DNA from: Myxococcota bacterium
Lineage (GTDB): Bacteria > Myxococcota_A > Bradymonadia > UBA7976 > UBA1532
Reading direction: 5' to 3'
Length of the DNA stretch: 64,000 nt
Assembly: GCA_036337435.1 (NCBI GenBank)
Contig: JAYZEG010000066.1
Location: 29,959 to 93,958 of the forward strand
Shown: piece after piece, positions 9,266 to 18,871 of the stretch
Layout: every line of letters begins with the position of its first letter
Position numbering within the stretch: the first letter of the stretch is position 1
The notes under the pieces: generated by a model
Told to the model about the DNA's origin: nothing
What the model saw: only the letters and a program-made list of their open reading frames with translations
Databases searched by the model: none
Program-made: the position numbers and the translations under genes

Positions 9266-10600
9266 TCACTGGACGTAACTACTTCCCCAATACAAAACAC
9301 GTCTTGGAAACGGGGCTGCAGCCGCGCCCACGCGAGGCGTATCCTCTCCGCCTGGAGATGCAATCTTGATGGCTACATCATTTTTACCATCGGACAGAAA
9401 GTCATCATCCAAACTGCCCGGTACAAGTTCGCCCGTTTTACGCTCGATCCGTGCACTGCCGCCACCGCGCCCATTTCCGCCTCGGCCGGCGGCCAAGTTC
9501 AGTATCACTTCCGTTGTCGGCTCTTCATCTTCTTTGCAGGATGGGCTGACAACCAGAGCAACCCCAAAAGCAACTCGACCGCTGGGTAATCGGATCGCAA
9601 TTGCATCGATTACCCGCTGACCATCATTGGTGACCAACGTGGGTAAAATAGGCACCACATTTTGTACACGGCCATCGGTGGTAAAATAGTTGTCGGTGGT
9701 CTTATCCACATGAACGCCATATAGGCGGCCACGTTCAAGTGTGCTCCCATCGTTGAACGGACCTGTCTCCACCGTTGTGAAGTATGCACCGCCACTCCGA
9801 ACAGCCACCTCGCCGCTGAGCTGTTCCTTTTGTCGCAACGGCATTTTCCAAACCAATTTAGACTGAAATTCAAGCCGATCATTCCCTCCAAGAGTCAGCA
9901 CATCCGACAGACTGAAAAGATGGGGTGCACTCGCCTCTGCTCGATAAGAGTAACCGGTGCCAAAAATGATCCCAATCTGCCCGTTCTCACGCTGAAATAC
10001 AGCAGGTCGAGCGGTGATCTCACGCCCGATCTGATAAAACTCTGCGTCGGCATCATCAGCCATGGGCCACGCAATGCTCATCTCCCATCGATTTGGATTT
10101 GCAGACCGGAGGTCGATACGCCAAAGACGACCCATCGCATCCCCCAAGTAGGCTCGGCTGGCCGGTGCAAGGCCAATGGCTGGGTATACACTGGGCGAAC
10201 CAACCATCGGATAGAGCATCTGATCGCCATCTTTGAGTCCATTGCCCGTGTAAAATGAACGGATCAGGCTCCCGTCAGAGATTTTTCGAATTTGTACACA
10301 GCGCCCACCCGTATTGTCTTGGCGTGCTTGGCCGTTGCTTTCTCTCGTCGGTGTTGCCCCACCGCACCCGACGATCATCGCTGCAACAACTTGATTACCG
10401 ATCCGTACGTAGGTCAGAGCCGGTCTTGAAACCGTCTTTCCCAAGGGGACTTCACTGACGTGATAACCGCTCTCAAGGGTTTGCGCGCCAACCATCGATT
10501 GAACGCCTAATGTGCTGAGTGCAACGACTAAGGCCAATCGCACGCAAGTGAATGCCTGAATGCCGAACCATCGATATCTAGTCACAGTGTGTTGGCTCAT
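9266..10600 (-). CDS. pilY1: PilY1/PilC C-terminal beta-propeller part (second half of a split PilY1)
   Basis: Own signal-peptide-like N-terminus. PilY1 propeller motifs LGKTVSRP, AYLGDAMGRLWRIDL, ITARPAV, IIFGTG, YFTT. Confidence 0.75.
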   Translation of the reverse strand: MSQHTVTRYRWFGIQAFTCVRLALVVALSTLGVQSMVGAQTLESGYHVSEVPLGKTVSRPALTYVRIGNQVVAAMIVGCGGATPTRESNGQARQDNTGGRCVQIRKISDGSLIRSFYTGNGLKDGDQMLYPMVGSPSVYPAIGLAPASRAYLGDAMGRLWRIDLRSANPNRWEMSIAWPMADDADAEFYQIGREITARPAVFQRENGQIGIIFGTGYSYRAEASAPHLFSLSDVLTLGGNDRLEFQSKLVWKMPLRQKEQLSGEVAVRSGGAYFTTVETGPFNDGSTLERGRLYGVHVDKTTDNYFTTDGRVQNVVPILPTLVTNDGQRVIDAIAIRLPSGRVAFGVALVVSPSCKEDEEPTTEVILNLAAGRGGNGRGGGSARIERKTGELVPGSLDDDFLSDGKNDVAIKIASPGGEDTPRVGAAAAPFPRRVLYWGSSYVQ

Positions 10601-13053
10601 TGCCCCGCCCTCCCTGTGGCCCCTTGAAAACCCAAACCAGCCTCCCAGGCCTTGATGGTGTCGTGGGCGAGTGGCTGGTCCTGAGTATTCTCCTTGATTT
10701 GCGGCAAGGCATCCGTGATGTCGATGGCAAAAACGTTTCGCCCAGACTGACCCTGTGCTCCAGCAACGATCGTTCTAAACACAAAATTTTCACTATCAGA
10801 TGGGCAATCTCTGGCACCATCACCATCCACACTTCGACATAAGAGCATATCTCGATTGGCCAAAAGTGTATCAGCACCCATCCTGGCTGGGTTTTCAACA
10901 CCGTGCTTCAAGTTTGGAATCGAGCGTCTATGGACAAAAGAAAAGACCTCTCGCCCATCGGATGCCCGAAAAAAGTGCACCTGCCCGTCATTCGCACCGC
11001 TTACGATCAGGGTTGGGCGTTCACTCTGCTCTTGTTCAAAACGTCGGTACCCAGGACTGTCGACAGCGAGCCGAGGCGGCGTCACTGCAATCAAATCACC
11101 CTCAATGATCTCACCAAGCTGGCGAACATTTTCCGGATCTGGTCCACATGCAGGCGTACAGTCACCCCGGTTTTCAGGGGTCGCAGCAGGACCGACGTAG
11201 CCGGACAAGGCTTTAAAAGCAATCTCCATGAGGCTGTCGCCCGGCGCACCGTCCTCGATCTGCGCGACGTCTCGAAAGTCTGATTCGGTCAGACTGGCAG
11301 CCCCTCGATAGTCCCCATTTGAATCGAACAGGCTATTTCCATTTCCAAGCACAGTAAAGCCTGATTCACCAACACGATTGGGCCGTCGATGGACATTGCC
11401 CACAACAGTGCGCATGTCCTGCTGGGCAAGTTTGACCGCAAGGTCAATTGACTGGCCTTCAATGAGCTTTAACCGGCCCGTATCGGGTTGACCAGCTTGG
11501 CGCCTACAGCCAAATGCCGACACATCGATCCGACCGTATCGAGCACTGGCGGCCAGCGTGCTATACGCAACGACGCGCAGCTGCCGAACTTGGTCATTCA
11601 CCTCATCGCCTCGATCGGGCGTGATCACCAAGGGCATAACCTTTGATTTACGATCTGCATCAAGGGAGACTAAGACCCGTTCGATGGCATTACGCATCTC
11701 ATCCATTGAGCTGACATTGAAGAGGTCGCTGTCATTCGTCACCAAGCTGCGCAAATCATCCCGTCTATCATCGGCGAGACCAACGCCAATCACGACAAAT
11801 CGAAAACCGGGGACAGTCTCCCGCATGGTATCGACGTACGACTGCATCGAATTGTAGGGAAAGGACGGTGGCGTCTGGCATCTAAATCCTGTTCGCACAC
11901 AATTCCGGCTCCCATAAAAATTTGTTTCACCGCCAGACGTAATCAGAACCGCCACATGGGTCCTGCGCGCGTAGTTTAAGTCAGGCAGTAAACCGAAACG
12001 CTCTGCGGCAGCACCAGACTGAGTTTGGTAGTAGTATTTAAGGTCATGAATCAAGCCTGTGAGCGGACTAAACCCGAAGGCGGTCAGACGCCGAACCTGA
12101 TGTTTGATATAGTTGGTATGGCGCTCTAGGCTCACGCCGTCGTCGGCGACGGGCTCAAATGGCCTGCGGGTTCCATTGAGCAAATCACCGGTATTGCTTG
12201 CGATTAAGTCGCCGGGCTGACCACCACCTGGGCCACGAGCACCGAAGTTAGGCGCATTGATTGCGTCAGGTGCCGACAATCGAGACACAATGAAGGCGTT
12301 CTCGAGCAGGCCTGGAAATCGTTGACTCGCAGCCGAGACCGCCTGTCTTGTCGTCCCTTCATCTGTACCAAAGGAACTGTTTCTGCCAAGCAAGCGAGGC
12401 CAAGTTCGGGATGTTCCAGGGTCGTCATCTAAGGTCATCATGCCGAATTTGACTCGGGTCGCATAGCGTTCCAGAGCACTGTCGTTAGCGAACCGAAGAT
12501 CGGGGGTGTTTTCATCGACCAATCGAATGGGACGACACCCATCAGGCCTGGCGGGATCAAAATCAAAGCATTGACCTTGAAGGTTGCGATAGAAGATTGC
12601 CTCGCCGGCATCATTTGGGTCTGGAACAGCGAGTGCTTCGTCTCCCATCACCCGACCGGCGTTGACCAACTCCAGATAGCCAGCCTGTGCAACATTGCGC
12701 GGGAATTCAGCCTGATCTCGAAAACAAGTAATCAAATTCGGATCACCCAAATTATTGATGGGGTTTCCACCGAGGACATTGCGTACCATTTGTAATGCAC
12801 TGAGATGACGAGTCTGAATCAGCGGTTCGTCAGAGAGCGTGACTCGCCTCTCGATCACCCCGTTGACCTCTCTTTCTCTGACCACAAACGACTCGTTACA
12901 CTCTGGGAGTCTATCAGCACGAGGCGATGTCGGGGCCAATCTCATCGACGCCGAATTGTCGATAAGAAACATAACCTCAGGCGGCAAATTATCTTGTGCG
13001 GTGCCGAGGGCTGGCCAACCGATCAATAATGCCATACAGAAATATTTTTTCAT
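10597..13053 (-). CDS. pilY1: PilY1/PilC N-terminal part (vWA-like domain plus start of the beta-propeller)
   Basis: Signal peptide; VMFLIDNSASM (MIDAS DxSxS); LGEI, GANDGQVHFF..GREVFSFV and GRNVFAIDITD motifs. ATGA-coupled to pilX. Confidence 0.8.
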   Translation of the reverse strand: MKKYFCMALLIGWPALGTAQDNLPPEVMFLIDNSASMRLAPTSPRADRLPECNESFVVREREVNGVIERRVTLSDEPLIQTRHLSALQMVRNVLGGNPINNLGDPNLITCFRDQAEFPRNVAQAGYLELVNAGRVMGDEALAVPDPNDAGEAIFYRNLQGQCFDFDPARPDGCRPIRLVDENTPDLRFANDSALERYATRVKFGMMTLDDDPGTSRTWPRLLGRNSSFGTDEGTTRQAVSAASQRFPGLLENAFIVSRLSAPDAINAPNFGARGPGGGQPGDLIASNTGDLLNGTRRPFEPVADDGVSLERHTNYIKHQVRRLTAFGFSPLTGLIHDLKYYYQTQSGAAAERFGLLPDLNYARRTHVAVLITSGGETNFYGSRNCVRTGFRCQTPPSFPYNSMQSYVDTMRETVPGFRFVVIGVGLADDRRDDLRSLVTNDSDLFNVSSMDEMRNAIERVLVSLDADRKSKVMPLVITPDRGDEVNDQVRQLRVVAYSTLAASARYGRIDVSAFGCRRQAGQPDTGRLKLIEGQSIDLAVKLAQQDMRTVVGNVHRRPNRVGESGFTVLGNGNSLFDSNGDYRGAASLTESDFRDVAQIEDGAPGDSLMEIAFKALSGYVGPAATPENRGDCTPACGPDPENVRQLGEIIEGDLIAVTPPRLAVDSPGYRRFEQEQSERPTLIVSGANDGQVHFFRASDGREVFSFVHRRSIPNLKHGVENPARMGADTLLANRDMLLCRSVDGDGARDCPSDSENFVFRTIVAGAQGQSGRNVFAIDITDALPQIKENTQDQPLAHDTIKAWEAGLGFQGATGRAGQ

Positions 13054-13730
13054 CGACGACACCCCCTCATCGTAATCGGGCCAATCACGACGCCTGCTTT
13101 CATCGTATGCTCTGCAAACAGCTCAGCCGCCACTCGGTCATCGAGCTGCTCAGCATTGGGTTCTTCTTCAGCTGCAATGACCGCGCGTGACTCAAAGTGC
13201 ATCAGGCAGCACCCCTGTCCATTTCGGCGCAGTGTACGTTCATCGTGACCGGGTGGACATGTCCAAGGCTGAAACCCTGTCACAGAGACGCTGTAACTCG
13301 GCTTGACACCGGTCGCTACGCCAGCGACCCCGAGGGGAGCAGGACCAGAGCTAAAAAAGGGCGGTGCTGCCATGGCTCGTTCCGAAATCCGGTTGCCATC
13401 TCGATTGTAGACTTCGACCAAACCTCGGGTCGCACCCGCATCCTGCACGGGGCTCTTTATCTGAAGGGTCGACCATTCCATACCAGGGCCATCACGCAAT
13501 GGCAGCAAGACGCCTGCCTGACGATTCATGAGAGTGACCGCATGATAGAGACCGATCTCAGCGACATGGCGTGCTTGAATCGAAAGTCGTAAATTACCAG
13601 AACCGCTCATATTCTGAGTTGCTGAACGCATTGCCATCATCCCAACGGCCAGCAGCGCGAGAAGGACCACAACTGTGACGATGAGTGCACCACCGCGTTG
13701 ATGCGTCCGTGTGTGTCGTCTCCCCATCAT
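13050..13730 (-). CDS. pilX: Type IV minor pilin, PilX-like
   Basis: QRG|GALIVTVVVLL class III signal lacking Glu+5; ARHVAEIGL motif; position in the operon. Confidence 0.8.
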   Translation of the reverse strand: MMGRRHTRTHQRGGALIVTVVVLLALLAVGMMAMRSATQNMSGSGNLRLSIQARHVAEIGLYHAVTLMNRQAGVLLPLRDGPGMEWSTLQIKSPVQDAGATRGLVEVYNRDGNRISERAMAAPPFFSSGPAPLGVAGVATGVKPSYSVSVTGFQPWTCPPGHDERTLRRNGQGCCLMHFESRAVIAAEEEPNAEQLDDRVAAELFAEHTMKAGVVIGPITMRGCRR

Positions 13731-14953
13731 TGGCCCCGATACATATTGGGTGTTTCAACCTCAGTTTTGAGGGTCATCACACGGGCAAACCCCGTACCCG
13801 CTTCTTGGTTGAGCTCGAACCAACTGCGGTCCGCACCAATTCGATCATCAGCGGCCATCGCCTGGTCAGGTGCCACACGAAACGTTTCATCTTCCCTCGG
13901 CGTGCGAATGGCCAGCATCACGTTCAAGCCTCTGATCCGCTGTGGTCGTTCGTTGAAGATTTGACTTTCACGTTCCGTGGTCCAATTGCCCCGGTCGTCA
14001 GTGGGGTCTTCGTCTGGTGCAATGACAGGCCTCGGATCGGCACCAAACGCCAAGCTACGCGTATCGTAGGATGCCCAGACCTGGAAATTAACCGCGTATG
14101 GTGCCAGGACCATCGCGTCGTCGATGGGTTCTAGACTCACCGGATCTAATGTTCTCCGAATCAGAAAAGTTGCACCCTCTGTTTGAGGGGCTAACTCAAA
14201 CTCCGGTGTTGCTTCCAAGATTGCATATTCAACCAATTGAACCGGTGTGATGAGACACCCACCGGGCGCGCATTCCGTCGATAAGGCAGGCTCGCCCGCG
14301 AGGCAAAGATCATCAAGGAGTCGTAATTCAACCTCGTCGTCTCCTCGAGATCGTACTTCGGCGACCACCAAGTCACTCTGGCCTGACGGCGACACAATAT
14401 GGACGAAGGCACGATCCGAGAAATACATAAATCTGGTCAAAGATTCGCGCGCCTTTTGCGTTCGCTGGTCTACCAGATTGAGGCGCACCTGACGGCGATT
14501 GACCCGCGAAATGGTATACGTAACGCCTTCGGAACGGTCCACAAGTAAACGTAATCGATCAGGCCGCAGGTTATTGCCAAAACGAATGAGTGACTCGGGC
14601 GTGTCTTGATGGCGTTCGAGCAGTTCGATCGCCCGATGCCCGGATCGAGTCGAACAAAAGCGCGGATCTCGACCAACGATCCCAACACGCCCACCGAGTT
14701 CGATCCCGTTTACAACCGAAAGTCGACCGACGCTCCGTAAATCATTTTTTACGTATTCGAGAGCGAAGCGCATGCTTTCCTGCATTTGGACGATTTGCTC
14801 TTGTGCATAGTACTGGCGACTGGCCGTGATAAACACCAAATAGGCTGCCACCATAACGATGCCGGCGAAAAGAAGTGCGACCAAGAGTTCAACAAAAGTA
14901 AACCCCCTCTGGGACTGCACAGCTGCCCGTGCTTTGGAGTATCTGAGACTCAT
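13727..14953 (-). CDS. pilW: Type IV minor pilin, PilW-like
   Basis: QRG|FTFVELLVALL prepilin motif; QESMRFALEYVKNDLRSVG motif. Confidence 0.85.
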   Translation of the reverse strand: MSLRYSKARAAVQSQRGFTFVELLVALLFAGIVMVAAYLVFITASRQYYAQEQIVQMQESMRFALEYVKNDLRSVGRLSVVNGIELGGRVGIVGRDPRFCSTRSGHRAIELLERHQDTPESLIRFGNNLRPDRLRLLVDRSEGVTYTISRVNRRQVRLNLVDQRTQKARESLTRFMYFSDRAFVHIVSPSGQSDLVVAEVRSRGDDEVELRLLDDLCLAGEPALSTECAPGGCLITPVQLVEYAILEATPEFELAPQTEGATFLIRRTLDPVSLEPIDDAMVLAPYAVNFQVWASYDTRSLAFGADPRPVIAPDEDPTDDRGNWTTERESQIFNERPQRIRGLNVMLAIRTPREDETFRVAPDQAMAADDRIGADRSWFELNQEAGTGFARVMTLKTEVETPNMYRGQ

Positions 14954-15501
14954 TGAGCACTCCGAATCACCGATGGCACCACAACGGAATAGTACTTCGA
15001 CACGTTTGGCCTAAACTCCTGCGCGCCCTGTTCCGGACAGACGGTTCTCATTTCATCTGCGTCCATTGGATTCTTAGACCAGACGACGCGAATGCGAACA
15101 TTGAGCAATTGTGCATATAGGCCGTCGAGCGGTTCGAACCAATAGTGAACACAGAAGCGTTGCCGATTTATGGCGCTCCCAAACTCATCGTCGTCCTCGA
15201 TATAGGCAAGTCCGTTATGGTCGATGGGGAAATCACCAAAGCTGTGCCAACGCCGAACATCTTTATTGAGGTGTGGCCCTGGGCGTTGATCACCGATCCA
15301 CGCAAAGCTCTCCGTCCGCAAAAGGTCGACATGCCGCTCTGCCAAAGTCATGGCCGCTGACATATCCCGCGCTGAGATATTGGCCAGCATCGTTCCAATT
15401 TGGAGAGAGAAAAGTGCCGCAAAACCAACGGCGGCCACGCCGGATGCAATCAAAACTTCGACAACAGTGAAGCCTGCGTTTCGTCGTAGACGGTTCATCA
15501 T
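14950..15501 (-). CDS. pilV: Type IV minor pilin, PilV-like
   Basis: NAG|FTVVEVLIA prepilin motif; V.IRVVW motif; position in the operon. Confidence 0.8.
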   Translation of the reverse strand: MMNRLRRNAGFTVVEVLIASGVAAVGFAALFSLQIGTMLANISARDMSAAMTLAERHVDLLRTESFAWIGDQRPGPHLNKDVRRWHSFGDFPIDHNGLAYIEDDDEFGSAINRQRFCVHYWFEPLDGLYAQLLNVRIRVVWSKNPMDADEMRTVCPEQGAQEFRPNVSKYYSVVVPSVIRSAQ

Positions 15502-16184
15502 TGGCTCACCATCATGCGTGCTGCTCCAAAACCGGGAAAGATGATTCGTCTGGCCGCACCAACGCCCTCGAACGCATCACCCCGAGCTTTATAACGTTGA
15601 ACCCGAACTTCGACGAATTGATCGAGCACTTGTAGATTGGGTGCAACAACGAAGGTCTGGCCAGCAGGACTCAAACACAGTCTGAGCCGATTGGCTGTAA
15701 ACCCACCGTCAGAGCCTCTGCGCCAGCCGCTAAAACCAACATTCTTTTCGTTCGTTCCCTTATAACCAGGAACGACAGTTCCACCCACCAGGACCGAATT
15801 CAAGTAGAGAGCTGCGGCATTGCCCTCTTCGAGGATTTGTTGACTTGCTGTTGTGCACGCATTTGTACGTGCTTCTAAAAAGTCTATTCGCCCACCGGGA
15901 GTGCCCGCTCTGAACAGAAGAAAGTCGACGATCACGGCACGGTTCCGTCGCATTGCCTGACTTCGTGCTTGATTGAACATGTGGGTCAATCGAGTCGCAG
16001 CACCACTCGCCGCCGCACCACCACTGAACGTTCGCATCGACGGATACGCCAACATGGTGACCACGATAACAATGGTGACCACCCCCAGCAGTTCGCCGAT
16101 GGTGAATCCACCCTGCCACCGGCGCGCACTACGGACCTGCACACCGAGGTTCAAACTTGGCTTGTATTCATCTCTGCTATTCAA
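15498..16184 (-). CDS. Type IV minor pilin, FimT/FimU (GspH-like)
   Basis: QGG|FTIGELLGVV prepilin motif; ARSQAMRRN motif typical of FimT/GspH. Exact start uncertain. Confidence 0.8.
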   Translation of the reverse strand: MNSRDEYKPSLNLGVQVRSARRWQGGFTIGELLGVVTIVIVVTMLAYPSMRTFSGGAAASGAATRLTHMFNQARSQAMRRNRAVIVDFLLFRAGTPGGRIDFLEARTNACTTASQQILEEGNAAALYLNSVLVGGTVVPGYKGTNEKNVGFSGWRRGSDGGFTANRLRLCLSPAGQTFVVAPNLQVLDQFVEVRVQRYKARGDAFEGVGAARRIIFPGFGAARMMVSQ

Positions 16185-16321
16185 CAGTGGTCTCCCCGAT
16201 TAGCCGACCCATACACAATGAAGCAGCGCCGTCATGACAGAGTTGCAAGATCCGGACCTAAATGCCATCCCCTTAACAACGCTGAATTGGCTGCCAAACA
16301 CTCAAGACAACTATGCATTTT

Positions 16322-16350
16322 TTGCACACTTGACCAATCATTGCACACTT
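16322..16350. repeat. 10-bp direct repeat (TTGCACACTT x2) in the divergent promoter region
   Basis: Copies at 16322-16331 and 16341-16350. Confidence 0.6.
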
Positions 16351-16426
16351 AGTCGAAGGAACCTAACATGACTCATATTCGACAACTTAGGGGCGTCATC
16401 GACGCAAACGTCGAGCTGCTATATTC

Positions 16427-17785
16427 ATGGGTGACGATCACAAAATTGGACTTTGCTTCCTACTGATACTCTTCAGCAGCACGCTCCCGGTAAATGCAGA
16501 GCGCTACCATGTCAAATTAGACACAGTATTGAACATGGACAGGTGGTATTCAGGGTACGAATACATGGTGGAGACCACCGATATTAATCACCGTTTGAGG
16601 CTTCACATTTTCGAAGGAACGCCTGGCGATGAATCGACCATCACGACCTTCGACATGGCTATATCCAGTGACATTGGGCCCGAAGCGGACGCTTATCGTC
16701 AGTGGGGTAGCGGACGGAGAACTAATTTAGAAATCTATCAGGGGTCGGTAACCCTACTGAAACTGGTTCCAAGAAGTCGAATCAAACTAGGTCGACAAAT
16801 ATTTTGGGATGCCCTCGGCGCAGGCGCGTTCGATGGGATATCCCTGCAGACAACTCCGTTTTCTATGGTTCATCTGACAGGTCGATTTGGGCAAACCCTG
16901 AGGCCGAATACGGCTCGTTTCGGCTATTTCTTACCGTCGCCGGTCACCGGTGAGCGACGTCGTAGGGGCTATCTCATTGCTGGGCGTTTGCGACTAGAGC
17001 CCATGGACGCACTTCACGGTGAGTTCGGCTACCGTCGGCACTTCAATGACCAGCTTCAAAGAGAGGAAATCTCAGCATCAGCCCGAGTGCAACCAGCCCC
17101 TTGGTCCAGCAACACCGTCCTGATTTGCGCTGACTTAATTTTTGAACAAATCTCCGAATGGCGATTGCTCACAGAATTTGCCTGGGAGCAAAACCGGATT
17201 GCACTTGAAGCGGCCTATCTCAGGCCCAGGTTCGATGCTGACAGCATCTGGGTCGCCTTCGCACCTGCACCTCATCACTCGGCCTCAGTCAACGCATCCA
17301 AATTCATGGGTAAAATTCAACTGGGTGCACGGATCGACGGAACGCTTTTCCAAACTGATTTTGACAGCTTAGAGCCCTTTAATACAGCGCATTGGGCAAA
17401 AGAAAATACTGCCACCAGGGGGTCTTTATTCGTCAATTATCGCCTCAGTAGGGGCGGCGTTCCTTCAGGGTCCATGGGCATTCAGGGACACATCAGTCGA
17501 GGCTACGGTGGACAATTCACAGCCGTGTCTACAAATACGCATATCCCACTCGCCAACTCTCGGTCTTTCTCGCGCGTATCCATACGCAGCCGTCTCGGCG
17601 TTGCACAACTGAGCCGCGATTCATCTCTGGTATGGTCGGGCCTGTCAAGTTGGGGGCTTGTGGGCGTGGACTGGCGTCCCGATGATGGTGTACTCAGCCA
17701 ACTCGCGGTTGAGGGCTTTTCGGGTATGCCCGAGTCAGAGCATATACGCATTTTTCTTGCCGTCCGTATGGAGAATTTCTGGTGA
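16427..17785 (+). CDS. Outer-membrane beta-barrel protein, cytochrome-associated porin-like
   Basis: Signal peptide, IKLGRQ...FDG motif, amphipathic beta-strands and C-terminal aromatic residue (ENFW). GTGA overlap with the cytochrome gene. Confidence 0.65.
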   Translation: MGDDHKIGLCFLLILFSSTLPVNAERYHVKLDTVLNMDRWYSGYEYMVETTDINHRLRLHIFEGTPGDESTITTFDMAISSDIGPEADAYRQWGSGRRTNLEIYQGSVTLLKLVPRSRIKLGRQIFWDALGAGAFDGISLQTTPFSMVHLTGRFGQTLRPNTARFGYFLPSPVTGERRRRGYLIAGRLRLEPMDALHGEFGYRRHFNDQLQREEISASARVQPAPWSSNTVLICADLIFEQISEWRLLTEFAWEQNRIALEAAYLRPRFDADSIWVAFAPAPHHSASVNASKFMGKIQLGARIDGTLFQTDFDSLEPFNTAHWAKENTATRGSLFVNYRLSRGGVPSGSMGIQGHISRGYGGQFTAVSTNTHIPLANSRSFSRVSIRSRLGVAQLSRDSSLVWSGLSSWGLVGVDWRPDDGVLSQLAVEGFSGMPESEHIRIFLAVRMENFW

Positions 17786-18864
17786 GATTCATCATCCGAT
17801 TAGCCGTATTTATCCTCGTGGCAGCGCAGGCCGTCGCTGCGCCCCCAGTCGGCGCTGTTCTCGATGTAGGACCGGCCGACGGCAGCGAACGCGTATGCGT
17901 TTCGTGTGTTCCATCAACACGAGTGGACAAAGCACCTTCTTTGCCAGTGATACAGTCCGCCTGCAGCGAATGCCACTCAAACAAAAGACAGCCGTTAGTG
18001 GGGCCAGTGCAACCTCATAGTTCACCCGCATTGGAGACCTTTAGACGAACCCCCGGAATTCAATTCAATCATGAATTACACATTCAGACCATCGCCTGTG
18101 GCGGCTGCCATGCTCCGACAAATGAGGGTCAGTTAGCGACGCCCCTCATGCAGCAATGCATGGATTGTCACACCGAAAACAAAATGAATAATCGTTGTGA
18201 CCTATGCCACCAGACAGGTGCTGGTGGCGTCTTGAAAACACGCTTGGGACTTCACACTCTGCGTCCAACTCAGCGAATTCTTCCTGACGTTTTCCATCAT
18301 ACCGATTTTAAAACCAATCATGGACTTCAAGCGAGAACTCATAGCCAAACATGCCAGAACTGCCACACGCCTGATGAATGCACGACCTGTCACCAAATGG
18401 AGACGCGCATCGGCGTGCACCAGGGTGATTATATTCGGTTCCACCCAGTTGAGGCGCGCCACGACCCAACCAGCTGCTCCAGTTGCCACCAGCCGACCAC
18501 CTTTTGCCGAGATTGCCATAGCCGGGCGGGACTCAGCCCTGCACCTGGCCCTAGGCAGTTTGGCCGAACCGATGGTCGGCTTAAGTTTCACCCACCCGGC
18601 TTTACTGATTTGCCTGGCACCGCAAGGGGTGCCCAGCACCATGCCTTTGCAGCACAAAAAGACCTGAGTTCATGTGCGACATGCCACAGTCCCAATGACT
18701 GCGTACGTTGTCATTCAACCAATGCTCCGCTCAGCCTTAGAGCGTCCCCCCACCCGAAACGCTTTCGATGTGGGAAAGCCCTCGAAGTGAGTGCGAATGG
18801 GTGTCGGACATGTCATACTGATATCTTGAGTCTAAGAATTCGATGCCAAGCCTTGGGGAACTAA
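17782..18864 (+). CDS. Secreted multiheme cytochrome c (11 CxxCH; c3/c7-like modules)
   Basis: Signal peptide; CSECH, CGGCH, CMDCH, CDLCH, CQNCH, CTTCH, CSSCH, CRDCH, CATCH, CVRCH, CRTCH, plus many extra His residues. Confidence 0.92.
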   Translation: MRFIIRLAVFILVAAQAVAAPPVGAVLDVGPADGSERVCVSCVPSTRVDKAPSLPVIQSACSECHSNKRQPLVGPVQPHSSPALETFRRTPGIQFNHELHIQTIACGGCHAPTNEGQLATPLMQQCMDCHTENKMNNRCDLCHQTGAGGVLKTRLGLHTLRPTQRILPDVFHHTDFKTNHGLQARTHSQTCQNCHTPDECTTCHQMETRIGVHQGDYIRFHPVEARHDPTSCSSCHQPTTFCRDCHSRAGLSPAPGPRQFGRTDGRLKFHPPGFTDLPGTARGAQHHAFAAQKDLSSCATCHSPNDCVRCHSTNAPLSLRASPHPKRFRCGKALEVSANGCRTCHTDILSLRIRCQALGN

Positions 18865-18871
18865 TACGACC

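Noticed and set aside
10597..16184. RGD tripeptides in PilY1a (two), PilW and FimT
   Set aside because: These proteins are rich in Arg, Gly and Asp, so a few occurrences are plausible by chance; there is no evidence of surface exposure or host binding.
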